Source: Spirochaetota bacterium (GTDB taxonomy: Bacteria; Spirochaetota; UBA4802; UBA5368). From it: a stretch of DNA of 64,000 nucleotides. A program made the position numbers and the translations under genes. Where the stretch lies: positions 70,037-134,036 of the forward strand of contig DATIKU010000034.1 of NCBI GenBank assembly GCA_035477215.1. The letters are read 5' to 3'. The notes beneath the pieces are model-generated. The model had not been told where the DNA came from, ran no database searches, and was given only the letters and a program-made list of their open reading frames with translations. This document shows, piece by piece, positions 21,101-29,196 of this stretch (positions within the stretch are counted from its first letter, which is position 1; each line of letters begins with the position of its first letter).

Positions 21101-21419
21101 TGAGGTAACGGTCGTTCGCAACGGAGGCGAGGCCCTCCAGTCCTATCGTCGCGCGATGGAGGAGGGGAAAAGGTTCGATGCCGTGATTATGGACCTCACC
21201 ATCCCCGGAGGAATGGGAGGGCGCGAGGCACTGGTGAAACTTAAAAGCGTTGATCCGGACGTGGTTGCGATCGTTTCGAGCGGATATTCAAACGACCCGG
21301 TCATGGCCAATTTCCGGGCGCACGGGTTCCGCGGTGTACTCGCGAAACCCTATACAATCGAGGACATGATACAGGCTATCGACGAGGTCACATCACCGGA
21401 AGGCGGCACGGCCGCCTGA
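18105..21419 (+). CDS. hybrid sensor histidine kinase: 7TMR-DISM periplasmic and 7TM domains, PAS domains, HisKA, HATPase_c and C-terminal receiver
   Basis: Signal peptide plus periplasmic domain, 7 predicted TM helices, PAS regions, H-box HDFNNLL, G-boxes, then a REC domain (MVMDDEE...DLTIPGGMGG). Confidence 0.85.
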   Translation: MMHPRRLFARKRSKSSFQPEAAGPNAEGPAAGKFYRVFPLAAVFLLCAGAVFAADPLIMNGNFSGSHLNGHLEYFLDEDGGLDISAIAAPGFPFRAAPTLTGSPSFGYSRGALWLRFLVNNPSPSPVEWYLEYNYPITDQVELFIPEGFGFRRTEAGDRKPFAQRPVEYRSPVFPIIQKSGTSAYYLRVRSQGSLTVPLVAWLPKAFEKMKAAEMLLLGIYYGIMLGLTLYHVFLFISVRERSYLYLLLFIIGVAVFTMVHNGLGFQYLWPESVRWQNRAHPFLMFFLNAVVLQFARLFLSTRERMPRLDVPVRVLAAANLSVLAVPFILEYYYATQISVIMSGLSGSMLIITGAVGFFLRLREARFFLTACLCFLVGVLLMVLRAYGVLPENPITAWTYQIGSSVMILLFSLGVADKINIMRGERERALNSLAESEEKYRTLVENARDGIVLLADEKPLYANPSLISMLGYTEREFYEKTIVDFLPDDPQGRDLVLPRHHERMRGIDLPSNYEARLLAGDGRLLDVIISASRIRMGGDNVIIAIISDVSHLKKAENTIHRQYREIHAQYEEVESLNRELMRTHNELVDLNERLAREKEQLAATLVSIGDGVIATDTEGRIVMLNHAAERLTGWPQAEAEGRPVGELFNLAGGQVNNQRISGTVSEVTRRGGLEISDVPLELVNRKGDERIVEMSGSPVRTADGKTLGAVLAVRDITEKHKLEKELAKIGKIESLGLLAGGIAHDFNNLLTSIIGNLSLAKIEAAGNSACSEILDRIESVSQRAVNLTRQLLTFSRGGDPIKKTASIVKLLEETVSFLLAGSNVRSHFFVEGDIPSVDIDPDQISRVLHNLIINTVQAMPGGGNISIRVQNVPDVRWLPLSAGRYVKISISDEGVGIPRKHLGRIFDPYFTTKEYGSGLGLAITFSIIKKHGGHIDVESNEGVGSTFNVYLRASEIDGIPAEATPASMAPRRRAGRIMVMDDEECILDLAVNMLGNFGYEVTVVRNGGEALQSYRRAMEEGKRFDAVIMDLTIPGGMGGREALVKLKSVDPDVVAIVSSGYSNDPVMANFRAHGFRGVLAKPYTIEDMIQAIDEVTSPEGGTAA

Positions 21420-21460
21420 AGAGAGCGGTCGCGCCGGGTTGGGCCGCGTTCCCGAACGGT

Positions 21461-22084
21461 TTATTGACGCGCCGTATCTTTCCCAAGCGCGAATGCGCGC
21501 CTGTTCGTTTCGAAATCGGAAAATTGTTCGCGGACCACCGCCAGGATCGATTCGTCCGATACCGGCAGGTCGCCGAGCGCGCTTGCCATGCCGAGCGCGA
21601 TTGTGTTGACCTGTCGCAGTGCATTGAAATGGCTTCTGGACAGCTCGTCGATCGGGAATAGATGGACATTCGGGGTGAATTCCCGAAGGCGCGCCTGGAT
21701 CGTTTCGAGCGGTGGGTACGCGCACTCTCCCATGCGCACGGATACCGGCGTGAGCGGGAAATCGTTGACGATGACGACAGACCGCTCGTTCAGGTAGCGC
21801 GCATGCCTGAGCGCTTCCATGGGCTCCATGGAAATCATCATATCGGCCCCTCCGGTCGGGATGAGCCCCGAGGCGGCCATACGGCGCTCGTCGGGCGTTT
21901 CGCCGCTTTCGGGCTTCCTGTATCGGACGTTGCTCGTCACGATACCCTCCCGCTGCGCGCCGCCGCGGCGCTCCGCCCCGACAACATCGAGCCCTTCGTG
22001 GATGGCGGCGAGTTTCAGCACGGTGCCGAGCGAAATGGCGCCCTGCCCCCCGATTCCGCAGATGAGGATGTCGTAAGCGATCAT
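21461..22084 (-). CDS. iorB: indolepyruvate ferredoxin oxidoreductase subunit beta
   Basis: MIAYDILICGIGGQG... is the IorB N-terminus; ATGA overlap with the iorA stop; start refined inside a longer track ORF. Confidence 0.8.
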   Translation of the reverse strand: MIAYDILICGIGGQGAISLGTVLKLAAIHEGLDVVGAERRGGAQREGIVTSNVRYRKPESGETPDERRMAASGLIPTGGADMMISMEPMEALRHARYLNERSVVIVNDFPLTPVSVRMGECAYPPLETIQARLREFTPNVHLFPIDELSRSHFNALRQVNTIALGMASALGDLPVSDESILAVVREQFSDFETNRRAFALGKDTARQ

Positions 22085-24000
22085 ACGGCCTCCACCCCGG
22101 CCGTCAGCCGCCGTATCTCCGTGCGTAAAATCGCCGAGTTGAGGCAGAGATCGTGGCACGCCCCGCAGCGCAGACAGTTCGCTTCCTCGATATAGTACCG
22201 CCACTTGCCGGTCGTTTCCTCTTTTCTGATGGCGGGACAGCCGAATTCGACGTAGCATTCGTTGCACTTCTGGCACCGCTCATCGTCTATCTGATAATAG
22301 ATCTCGTACTCTCCCGAATCGCGCGCGATCCGGCGGCCGTATTGGAGGGCGCATTCCTCCTCAGCGATTATGACGCGCACCCCTTTTCCCGCGCGGATCG
22401 CTTCCTTAACGGCGGCCAGGGAGGCCTTGATATTGAAGGGTTTGATGGTGCGCACATATGATACTCCGATCGATTTAAGCATGCCCTTCATGTCCACCGG
22501 ACGCATCTTCGTGCCGTCGAGCGCCGTGTCGGTGGTGGGGCTGGGCTGGTGCCCGGTCATGGCCACCCATTTATTGTCGAGGATGATGAGCACGAGGCTC
22601 GCGTTTTGCTGCACGGCGTTGATGAGTCCGGGAATGCCCGAATGGAAAAACGTGGAGTCGCCAACGTAGGCGATCACGTTCTCGCCTTCGATTTTCTGGA
22701 GCATGCCCTGGGCGATGCCGACGCCGCAGTTCATGCAGGTAACCCAGTCGAACGCGCGGAAAGGCGGCAGACAGGACAGGGTGTAACAGCCGATGTCGCC
22801 CGCGAAAACGGTCTTGCGGTCCGTGGCCTTGACGATTGAATAGAGCGTGGCGCGGTGCGGACAGCCGGTACAGAAGGCCCCCTGTCTGGGAGGCAGGTCG
22901 CCGGTGAGTTTTTTCGAAAGTTCGATCGCACGCGTCGTACGCTTCGGCAGCGGCGCGCGAAGCTCTTGCGAAAGGCTTTCGGCGATGAGATCGACGTCGA
23001 GCTCTCCATGTGCCGGGAAAACGTCTTTGCCGATTATGGGCACGCGGACGCCCGCGTCGTACAGCAGGCGCTTTGCCTGGAACTCGATAAAGCCCTCCAG
23101 ATCCTCGACCACATATATGCGGTCGAGATGCTTCGTGAAGGATGCTATCTCTTCCGGATTGAGTGGATAGCTCATGGCTATCTTGAGTATGGGCGCGTCG
23201 GTGATGCCGAGGAGGGAAAGCGCTTCCAGAAGGTAGAGATAATTGACGCTCGACGAAATGAAACCGGTTCGGCCGTAACCCGAAAGCGCCCTGTTGAGCC
23301 CGAGCGACGGGATCTCACCCTGAAGCCGTTTGACGGCCTCCATGGCGCGGCGGTGGTTTGCGACCGAGCCGGCGAACAGGTTAATATAACGCTCCGGGTT
23401 TCTATCGAAACGGCCTTTTGTGGGAAAGGCGTCTGGCAGTTTTCCGAGACGGAGCGAGCCGATATTATGGCAGAGTTTCGACGGCGCGTTGACGATGACC
23501 GGAAGGTTGTAGGTTTCGCTCAATTCAAAGGCGCGCGCGGTGTAGTCTTTGGCCTCCTGGATCGACGCGGGCTCGAGAATCGGGAGATGCGTGTGGAGCG
23601 AATACCACCGGTCGTCCTGTTCGCTTGTGGAGCTTGTGGCGCCGGGATCGGAGCCGATGACCACGACGAAACCAGCGCCGACGCCGGTGTAGCCGGCGAA
23701 GTGCAGCACCTCGGCCGCCACGTTCATGCCCACGTGCTTCATGGTGACCATTGAGCGAATGCCGGCCCAGCTTGCCCCCTGAGCGCCGTGCGCGGCGACA
23801 TGCTCGTTGACGCTGAACTCGGCATGGATGCCGGGAAACTCCTTCTCAAGCGACCGGTATCCTTCCCCGATCTCCGAGGCGGGGGTCCCCGGATAGGTGC
23901 TGAAATAGCCGAGCGCCGCTTCGAGTCCACCGCGGACTATCGCGTCGTTTCCCATGGCGAGGATGGTTCTGCCGGGTTCGTTAAGCGCGAGCGGATTCAT
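22081..24000 (-). CDS. iorA: indolepyruvate ferredoxin oxidoreductase subunit alpha (TPP-binding, two 4Fe-4S)
   Basis: ILAMGNDAIVRGGLEAA...TYPGTPASEI N-terminus, TPP motif GDSTFFHSG, C-terminal CxxCxxCxxxC clusters. Confidence 0.85.
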   Translation of the reverse strand: MNPLALNEPGRTILAMGNDAIVRGGLEAALGYFSTYPGTPASEIGEGYRSLEKEFPGIHAEFSVNEHVAAHGAQGASWAGIRSMVTMKHVGMNVAAEVLHFAGYTGVGAGFVVVIGSDPGATSSTSEQDDRWYSLHTHLPILEPASIQEAKDYTARAFELSETYNLPVIVNAPSKLCHNIGSLRLGKLPDAFPTKGRFDRNPERYINLFAGSVANHRRAMEAVKRLQGEIPSLGLNRALSGYGRTGFISSSVNYLYLLEALSLLGITDAPILKIAMSYPLNPEEIASFTKHLDRIYVVEDLEGFIEFQAKRLLYDAGVRVPIIGKDVFPAHGELDVDLIAESLSQELRAPLPKRTTRAIELSKKLTGDLPPRQGAFCTGCPHRATLYSIVKATDRKTVFAGDIGCYTLSCLPPFRAFDWVTCMNCGVGIAQGMLQKIEGENVIAYVGDSTFFHSGIPGLINAVQQNASLVLIILDNKWVAMTGHQPSPTTDTALDGTKMRPVDMKGMLKSIGVSYVRTIKPFNIKASLAAVKEAIRAGKGVRVIIAEEECALQYGRRIARDSGEYEIYYQIDDERCQKCNECYVEFGCPAIRKEETTGKWRYYIEEANCLRCGACHDLCLNSAILRTEIRRLTAGVEAV

Positions 24001-24002
24001 GA

Positions 24003-24542
24003 TTACGCAATCGGTTCTATCAACAGGGATTTTTGCTCAAGGGCCGGCATGATGGCGCTATCCAGCGCGATAAAATCGGCGCCCTCGTCAAGATAGTGGC
24101 GGGCGCGGCGTTCGGCGGCACCGTCGCCCGCGGCCGAGCGGACGATGATGATAAACGACGAGGGAATCGTCCCTTCACTCTTCAGTTTCAGGGCGAGTTT
24201 AAGCATCTGCGCGGGGTCGAGATCGTAGACGGGCTTCGCCATGCCCGCACCGGCGTCGAAAAGCCCGGAGGCGAGGACTGCGCCGTCAAAGCCGCAGATG
24301 GACGATGAGACGAGTCCCGAGTGTACGAGGTCGCGGTTCTTATTTTTTGAGACAATTTCGATGAACATCGGTCCCGTGAACGCTTTGCCGATGTGTCCGG
24401 CGATTGCCAGCGGGCTGATCCGGCCGTATTCGCCCAGCAGTATTCCCGAACCCGCCGGCACCTTCGCGCACGAAGCGGCGGCCGATTCGATCGATTCAAT
24501 CGACGCGATGTACGCCAGCCTGGTGATTACGGGCGCTCCCAT
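24003..24542 (-). CDS. hypothetical 179-aa protein, translationally coupled to the MetV-like gene
   Basis: ATG at 24542 preceded by GGGAGG-N5; overlaps the MetV-like stop; the upstream part of the 363-aa track ORF is Arg-rich out-of-frame noise; no recognised family. Confidence 0.5.
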   Translation of the reverse strand: MGAPVITRLAYIASIESIESAAASCAKVPAGSGILLGEYGRISPLAIAGHIGKAFTGPMFIEIVSKNKNRDLVHSGLVSSSICGFDGAVLASGLFDAGAGMAKPVYDLDPAQMLKLALKLKSEGTIPSSFIIIVRSAAGDGAAERRARHYLDEGADFIALDSAIMPALEQKSLLIEPIA

Positions 24543-25171
24543 ATAACCTCCCGCGGGGAATGGCATTTTGACCAGTCGACCGGCCCGTGATAGGCGGTAA
24601 AACGGTCGAGTTCGCCGCTCTCCTCGAGGCGCCGGTAAATGGTGTGCCAGACGCAGTCCCGGTCTTCGTATACTTCGCAGCGCGTACCCTTTATGCCCTC
24701 GCACGGGCCGTTGCGCACTCCCTTGGGGCACAGGGTGACGGGGCAGAGCATGGAGGTCTCGTTGAGAATGCATTCGCCGCAGTGTGAGCAGCGCTCGTAA
24801 AAACGCCCCAATCGTTCGACCATCCCCGCGAAATCCGTGTCGAGGGCGGCGACCACCCGCTTGCCGGTCACTTCGGCGATGGCCTGCACGCCACCTCCGC
24901 AGGCAAGCGCAATGAGCGCGTCGGCGCCGGAGAGTTCCTCTTCGATACGCCTGAAATCGCGCGCCGAGATGCGTTTGTCGCAGGGAGACTCTATGGAGAT
25001 GGTCGCGAGCACCTCGCGGTCGGCGAACATCTCCATCATCTCCTTGACCTGTTCCGAGCCCCCGGTGCGGCAGACCGCGGCGCACTCGGAGCAACCGACG
25101 ATGATTATTTTCCGTGCGTCGGAGGCGTACTTCTTTACGATTCCGGGGTCCTTTTTATGGGTGACAATCAT
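24527..25171 (-). CDS. MetV-like protein (methylene-THF reductase C-terminal zinc-ribbon domain family)
   Basis: CPKGVRNGPCEG motif plus additional Cys clusters (CSEC, CSHCGEC) typical of the MTHFR_C/MetV domain; 214 aa. Confidence 0.6.
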   Translation of the reverse strand: MIVTHKKDPGIVKKYASDARKIIIVGCSECAAVCRTGGSEQVKEMMEMFADREVLATISIESPCDKRISARDFRRIEEELSGADALIALACGGGVQAIAEVTGKRVVAALDTDFAGMVERLGRFYERCSHCGECILNETSMLCPVTLCPKGVRNGPCEGIKGTRCEVYEDRDCVWHTIYRRLEESGELDRFTAYHGPVDWSKCHSPREVIWERP

Positions 25172-25383
25172 AACGCACTCTCCGGGATTGCTGGAAGGCG
25201 CGGATTTTTTCCGCGTCCTCCACTATTTACGGGTGCCGGATTAAAATCAATAGTTTTTCAGATCGGGCGGCCTTTCAGGCCGGACGGATGCGGCCGCCCG
25301 GTCCGAAAGGCGCGGCATTCGGCTTGACTTCGGTGTTCGAATCATTTAGGAAAACCGATGATTGGGCGGGAGGAAAGCGACAA

Positions 25384-26195
25384 ATGAAAATCACCACGCT
25401 TAACTGCAACGGCCTGCGCTCCGCCGTGGAGAAGGGCTTTTTCGACTGGCTGCACACGGAAGGGCCGGACGTGTTGTGCCTGCAGGAGACGCGGCTTTCC
25501 AACGAATTTCGGAAAACAGGGCGTTTCACCCCGAGGGCTACCACTGTTATTTCAACAATGCCGACAAAAAGGGCTACAGCGGGGTCGCTATTTTCTCCAA
25601 AACCGAGCCGGATGGCCTGATCGTCGGAGATGGCTGGGCAACGATGGCCGATGAGGCCCGCTATATCGAGGCGCGTTTCGGTAAACTCAGCGTGGTTTCG
25701 CTCTACCTTCCATCGGGCTCGAGCGGGCCAAAGCGGCAGGAGGTAAAATTCGATTTCTTAAACCGCTTCATGGATCAACTGCGCTCGATGCGCCGCTCGC
25801 GGCGCGAGTACGTGCTGTGCGGCGACTGGAACATCGCCCATAAAAACATCGATATAAAAAACTGGCGGTCGAACCAGAAGAACTCGGGCTTTCTTCCCGA
25901 GGAGCGCGCCTGGATGGACGAGCTTTTCGGGCCCGCCGGCTTTGTCGACGCTTTTCGCGTTGTCAACCAGGAGGCCGACGAGTATACTTGGTGGTCGCAC
26001 CGCGGCCGTGCCCGCGAAAAGAACGTCGGATGGCGGATCGATTACCAGGTGGTTACCCACGGCCTCAGGGAGAAGGTGGTTTCGGCCTCGATTTACAGGA
26101 ACAAGCGCTTCTCGGACCATGCGCCGCTTACCATGGTGTACGACATGGAACTTCCGCGCTCTTCCCCCTCTCAAGCCGCTTGTCGAGCTCACTGA
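25384..26195 (+). pseudogene. xth: exodeoxyribonuclease III (xth) interrupted by a -1 frameshift at an A4 run (about 25513-25516); pseudogene or homopolymer sequencing error
   Basis: N-terminus MKITTLNCNGLRS...CLQETRLS in one frame (track ORF 25288-25620); remainder ...FHPEGYHCYFNNADKKGYSGVAIF...SDHAPL in the -1 frame (ORF 25476-26195); one extra A restores a contiguous Xth. Confidence 0.6.
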
Positions 26196-26456
26196 CGGCT
26201 TTCCGGAATTCGTGGCGAGTATGTTGTTTTCGGGACCCCTCCGATATCCTTCCGATAAAAACGGGCGTTTCAGATGAAGGCCTGGACACCCCGCCGACAG
26301 GGACCGGATGGTTTCAGATAAAAAAATACTGGATTATTCCATAAGCCACGGCGTATAATTCGAGGCGGCCGATTGCGGCGCGCATTTCCTCCGGTCCGCT
26401 TCGCGGATCGGTCTGCGCCGCCGAAATACGGCATTCCGTAAGAGGGGGGCCTTATC

Positions 26457-28436
26457 GTGCTGAAACGATCAGACATGAAGGTTCGTATTCGGCGTTTGGC
26501 GCTTGGAGTTATGCTGTGCTGTGCGCTCGCGCAGGCGCCGGCGGACCTTCGGGCCGCCGACTGGCCCATCTACAAGGGAAACATCTATTTTACCGGTAAT
26601 AACGATGAGATCGTCGTTAATAACAATAATCTCAAGTGGCTATTCGAATCTCCGGGCACGGTGTTTAACCCGGTCGTTTCCGACGGGAAAGTATATTTCC
26701 TCGACATTAAGAAAAACGTCTACTGTCTCGACGAAGAGGAGGGGAAACTCCTGTGGAGACTGGACCTGCTCCAGACGTCCGCCCAGTTCAACCCGACCCG
26801 CCGCCCCGCGGGCAAGGTAAAGTATCCCCTGGTGAAGGGAGATACCCTGTTCGTTTCGGACTCCTATGCGATCTACGCGATAGATAAGAACAGCGGCGCG
26901 GTGCGCTGGGCCCGTACAGGCATGCCCGAGGAGCACTATGGCAAAACCTCCGGGGCCATGGTCGACGGTATTTACTCCGACCCATTCGTATCCGACGACG
27001 CAATTTTGTACGGAACCAGGAACGTATTCATGTCGCGCGAGTTGAAGAATGGCAGATCCGTCTGGAGCAACAGCGCGATCGGAAGCTACAGCGGCTTTCC
27101 CACGTTTTACGACCGCTACGTGCTGACCCAGTCCATGGATTTCAGCAAGGACCGCTATTCGGTCTTCTGCCTGTTTGCCGACAGCGGAAAAATAAAATGG
27201 GAAACCGTAATTGAAAAGCCGCCGGTCATTTACCCGCCGGTGGTATACAAGGGGAATGTGTATATCGCCTCCGGCGCAAAAATCTATTGCCTGTCCCTCG
27301 AGGGCGGTCGGGTGCTGTGGTCCAGGGAATACGGCGACCTTATAACGTCCAACCCCGGCTTTACCGAGCGCGAAATCCTCTTCTCGGTCGGTAACAGGAG
27401 GATCGTATCGGTCGATCCGGCCGATGGCGGGGTGCTCAACGATATCGATTTCGGTGAGCGGACCGGTCCGTATTTTGTGACGATACGCGACCAGATATAC
27501 ATAGCGCATTCCATCCAGCGGAACGTGGGCGGGCGCGATCTGCCCTTCACCTCCCTCAAGGCCATTCGGTTTTCGAACAACGAGAAGCTGTGGGAGTTCG
27601 TCTCGCCGTTTCCGGGCGCGCCGTCTCAGCCCGTAGCCTCCAGGGGTATCATGCTTCTTCCCGCGGGCAACTATCTCTATGCCGTCGGCACCGAGTACTA
27701 CCCGCGCACCGTAAAGGGAGGGAGCGGTTATTACAAACCGGGGAGTGAAAAGCCGGTGACCGATACCGCGCTGCGCCCCGAAGTGAAGGAGGAACCTCTC
27801 GAGCCGGTAAAGCGAGAGCCCGAGAAAACGCTCCCCCTTCGAACCATGAAACTCTCCGTGTCCGATGAGGGAGACAAACCGACCGGCGCCAGGGTGAGCG
27901 TGAAAAAGCGGGAAAAGGACCGGCTGGTGTATTCAAAAGAAGTTACGGTGAGTAAGCCCGGCGAGATAATCGAGGTTCCCGACACCGACGGCGTAGAGGT
28001 GATGGCGAATTCGGACGGATTTATCCCCAAAAAAATCGTCGTAAACCGCGGCGACGACGAACGCTCGATCAAACTGGAGAGGATAGAGCAGGGCAAAACC
28101 ATCGTGATGGACAGCATCTACTTCGAGATCGACCGGGCCTATCTGAAAAAAGAATCGCTCGACGTGCTCGACAGGGTCGCCGCCATTTTAAAGAAAAATC
28201 CCTCGATGAAGATCGAGGTGAGGGGGCATACCGATTCCACCGGGGAGAGAGCCCACAACCAGCGGCTTTCGGAGCGGCGCGCCGACGCGGTCGCCGAGTA
28301 TATGATCAAGAACGGCATAAGCCCGGAGCGCCTTTCCGCGGTGGGTTTCGGGGCCGATAAGCCGATTGCGAGCAACGCGAACGAAGATGGGCGGAAGAAG
28401 AACAGGCGCACGGAGTTGTTCATCATCCGAAAATAA
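26457..28436 (+). CDS. secreted PQQ-like beta-propeller repeat protein with C-terminal OmpA-family peptidoglycan-binding domain
   Basis: Signal peptide, BamB/PQQ-like repeats (GKVYFLD...NVYCLD...GKLLW), C-terminal OmpA_C motif (RGHTDSTG...NQRLSERRADAV...NRRTE). Confidence 0.8.
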   Translation: MLKRSDMKVRIRRLALGVMLCCALAQAPADLRAADWPIYKGNIYFTGNNDEIVVNNNNLKWLFESPGTVFNPVVSDGKVYFLDIKKNVYCLDEEEGKLLWRLDLLQTSAQFNPTRRPAGKVKYPLVKGDTLFVSDSYAIYAIDKNSGAVRWARTGMPEEHYGKTSGAMVDGIYSDPFVSDDAILYGTRNVFMSRELKNGRSVWSNSAIGSYSGFPTFYDRYVLTQSMDFSKDRYSVFCLFADSGKIKWETVIEKPPVIYPPVVYKGNVYIASGAKIYCLSLEGGRVLWSREYGDLITSNPGFTEREILFSVGNRRIVSVDPADGGVLNDIDFGERTGPYFVTIRDQIYIAHSIQRNVGGRDLPFTSLKAIRFSNNEKLWEFVSPFPGAPSQPVASRGIMLLPAGNYLYAVGTEYYPRTVKGGSGYYKPGSEKPVTDTALRPEVKEEPLEPVKREPEKTLPLRTMKLSVSDEGDKPTGARVSVKKREKDRLVYSKEVTVSKPGEIIEVPDTDGVEVMANSDGFIPKKIVVNRGDDERSIKLERIEQGKTIVMDSIYFEIDRAYLKKESLDVLDRVAAILKKNPSMKIEVRGHTDSTGERAHNQRLSERRADAVAEYMIKNGISPERLSAVGFGADKPIASNANEDGRKKNRRTELFIIRK

Positions 28437-28458
28437 AACGAAGGGGAAGGTGGTAGCG

Positions 28459-29160
28459 ATGAAAAAAACGGTAAAAACCGGAAAGACGGCGGAAACGGCT
28501 GCCGGAAAGAAGGCGGCTAAAAAGCCCGCTGTAAAGGCGAAATCCGCGCCGAAAATTAGATCCGCGCCGAAAACCAAATCGGCGGCAGTGGCGAAAAAGC
28601 CTGCGGTGAGGATCAAGCCGACGAAGAGGAAACCTTCTGTCTCCCTTAAAAACCGGGCGAAAAGCGCGCCCTCCCGGAAATCAAAAGGAGCCACCGGCGC
28701 GGGAAATGCGCTCCTCGCCGAACTGCGCGCCGCGGTCTCGGATCTGGACGCTGAAGGCATCCGCCACCTCATCCGACAGGCGGCGGTACTGAAGCACAAC
28801 ATGCGGGTGATGAAGGATCATACCGAGCGAAAAAAGATGGCGACGGGGGACGCCGTGCGCAAAGGAGGCGGCGTTTCGAACAAGACCGCCATCGACGTGA
28901 AAGAGGCCGACGACAACAGTTCGTTTATCATCATCATCAACAACGCGCGGAACTTTTTCGCGCTCGACGAGATGCGCAAGCTTGTGGCGATCTGTCATGC
29001 GGCCGAAAGCGAAACGGACGCGGCGCGCCGGTTGTATAACTGGTTCGCTCAATACAGAAAGGACGTTCTTCTCGATACCGATATCGGCGGATTCGCCGAT
29101 CCGGCTCTGGGTACGATATATCGATTCATAAAGGGAAAGTATGCGCTGAAGCAGGGGTAG
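28459..29160 (+). CDS. hypothetical protein with histone-H1-like Lys/Ala/Pro-rich N-terminal tail and uncharacterised C-terminal domain
   Basis: ATG at 28459 after a GAAGGTGG RBS; N-terminal roughly 85 aa are AKKPAVKAKSAPK-type repeats; C-terminal roughly 150 aa have no recognised motif. Confidence 0.55.
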   Translation: MKKTVKTGKTAETAAGKKAAKKPAVKAKSAPKIRSAPKTKSAAVAKKPAVRIKPTKRKPSVSLKNRAKSAPSRKSKGATGAGNALLAELRAAVSDLDAEGIRHLIRQAAVLKHNMRVMKDHTERKKMATGDAVRKGGGVSNKTAIDVKEADDNSSFIIIINNARNFFALDEMRKLVAICHAAESETDAARRLYNWFAQYRKDVLLDTDIGGFADPALGTIYRFIKGKYALKQG

Positions 29161-29196
29161 GCGCGGGGCGTTCCCGTAAAAACGGAGGGTGGTCAT

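Noticed and set aside
24543-25094. Upstream part of the 363-aa track ORF (24003-25094 minus) as a real N-terminal extension of the 179-aa protein
   Set aside because: Arg-rich low-complexity translation fully overlapping the well-supported MetV-like gene in another frame; a proper RBS and ATG exist at 24542.
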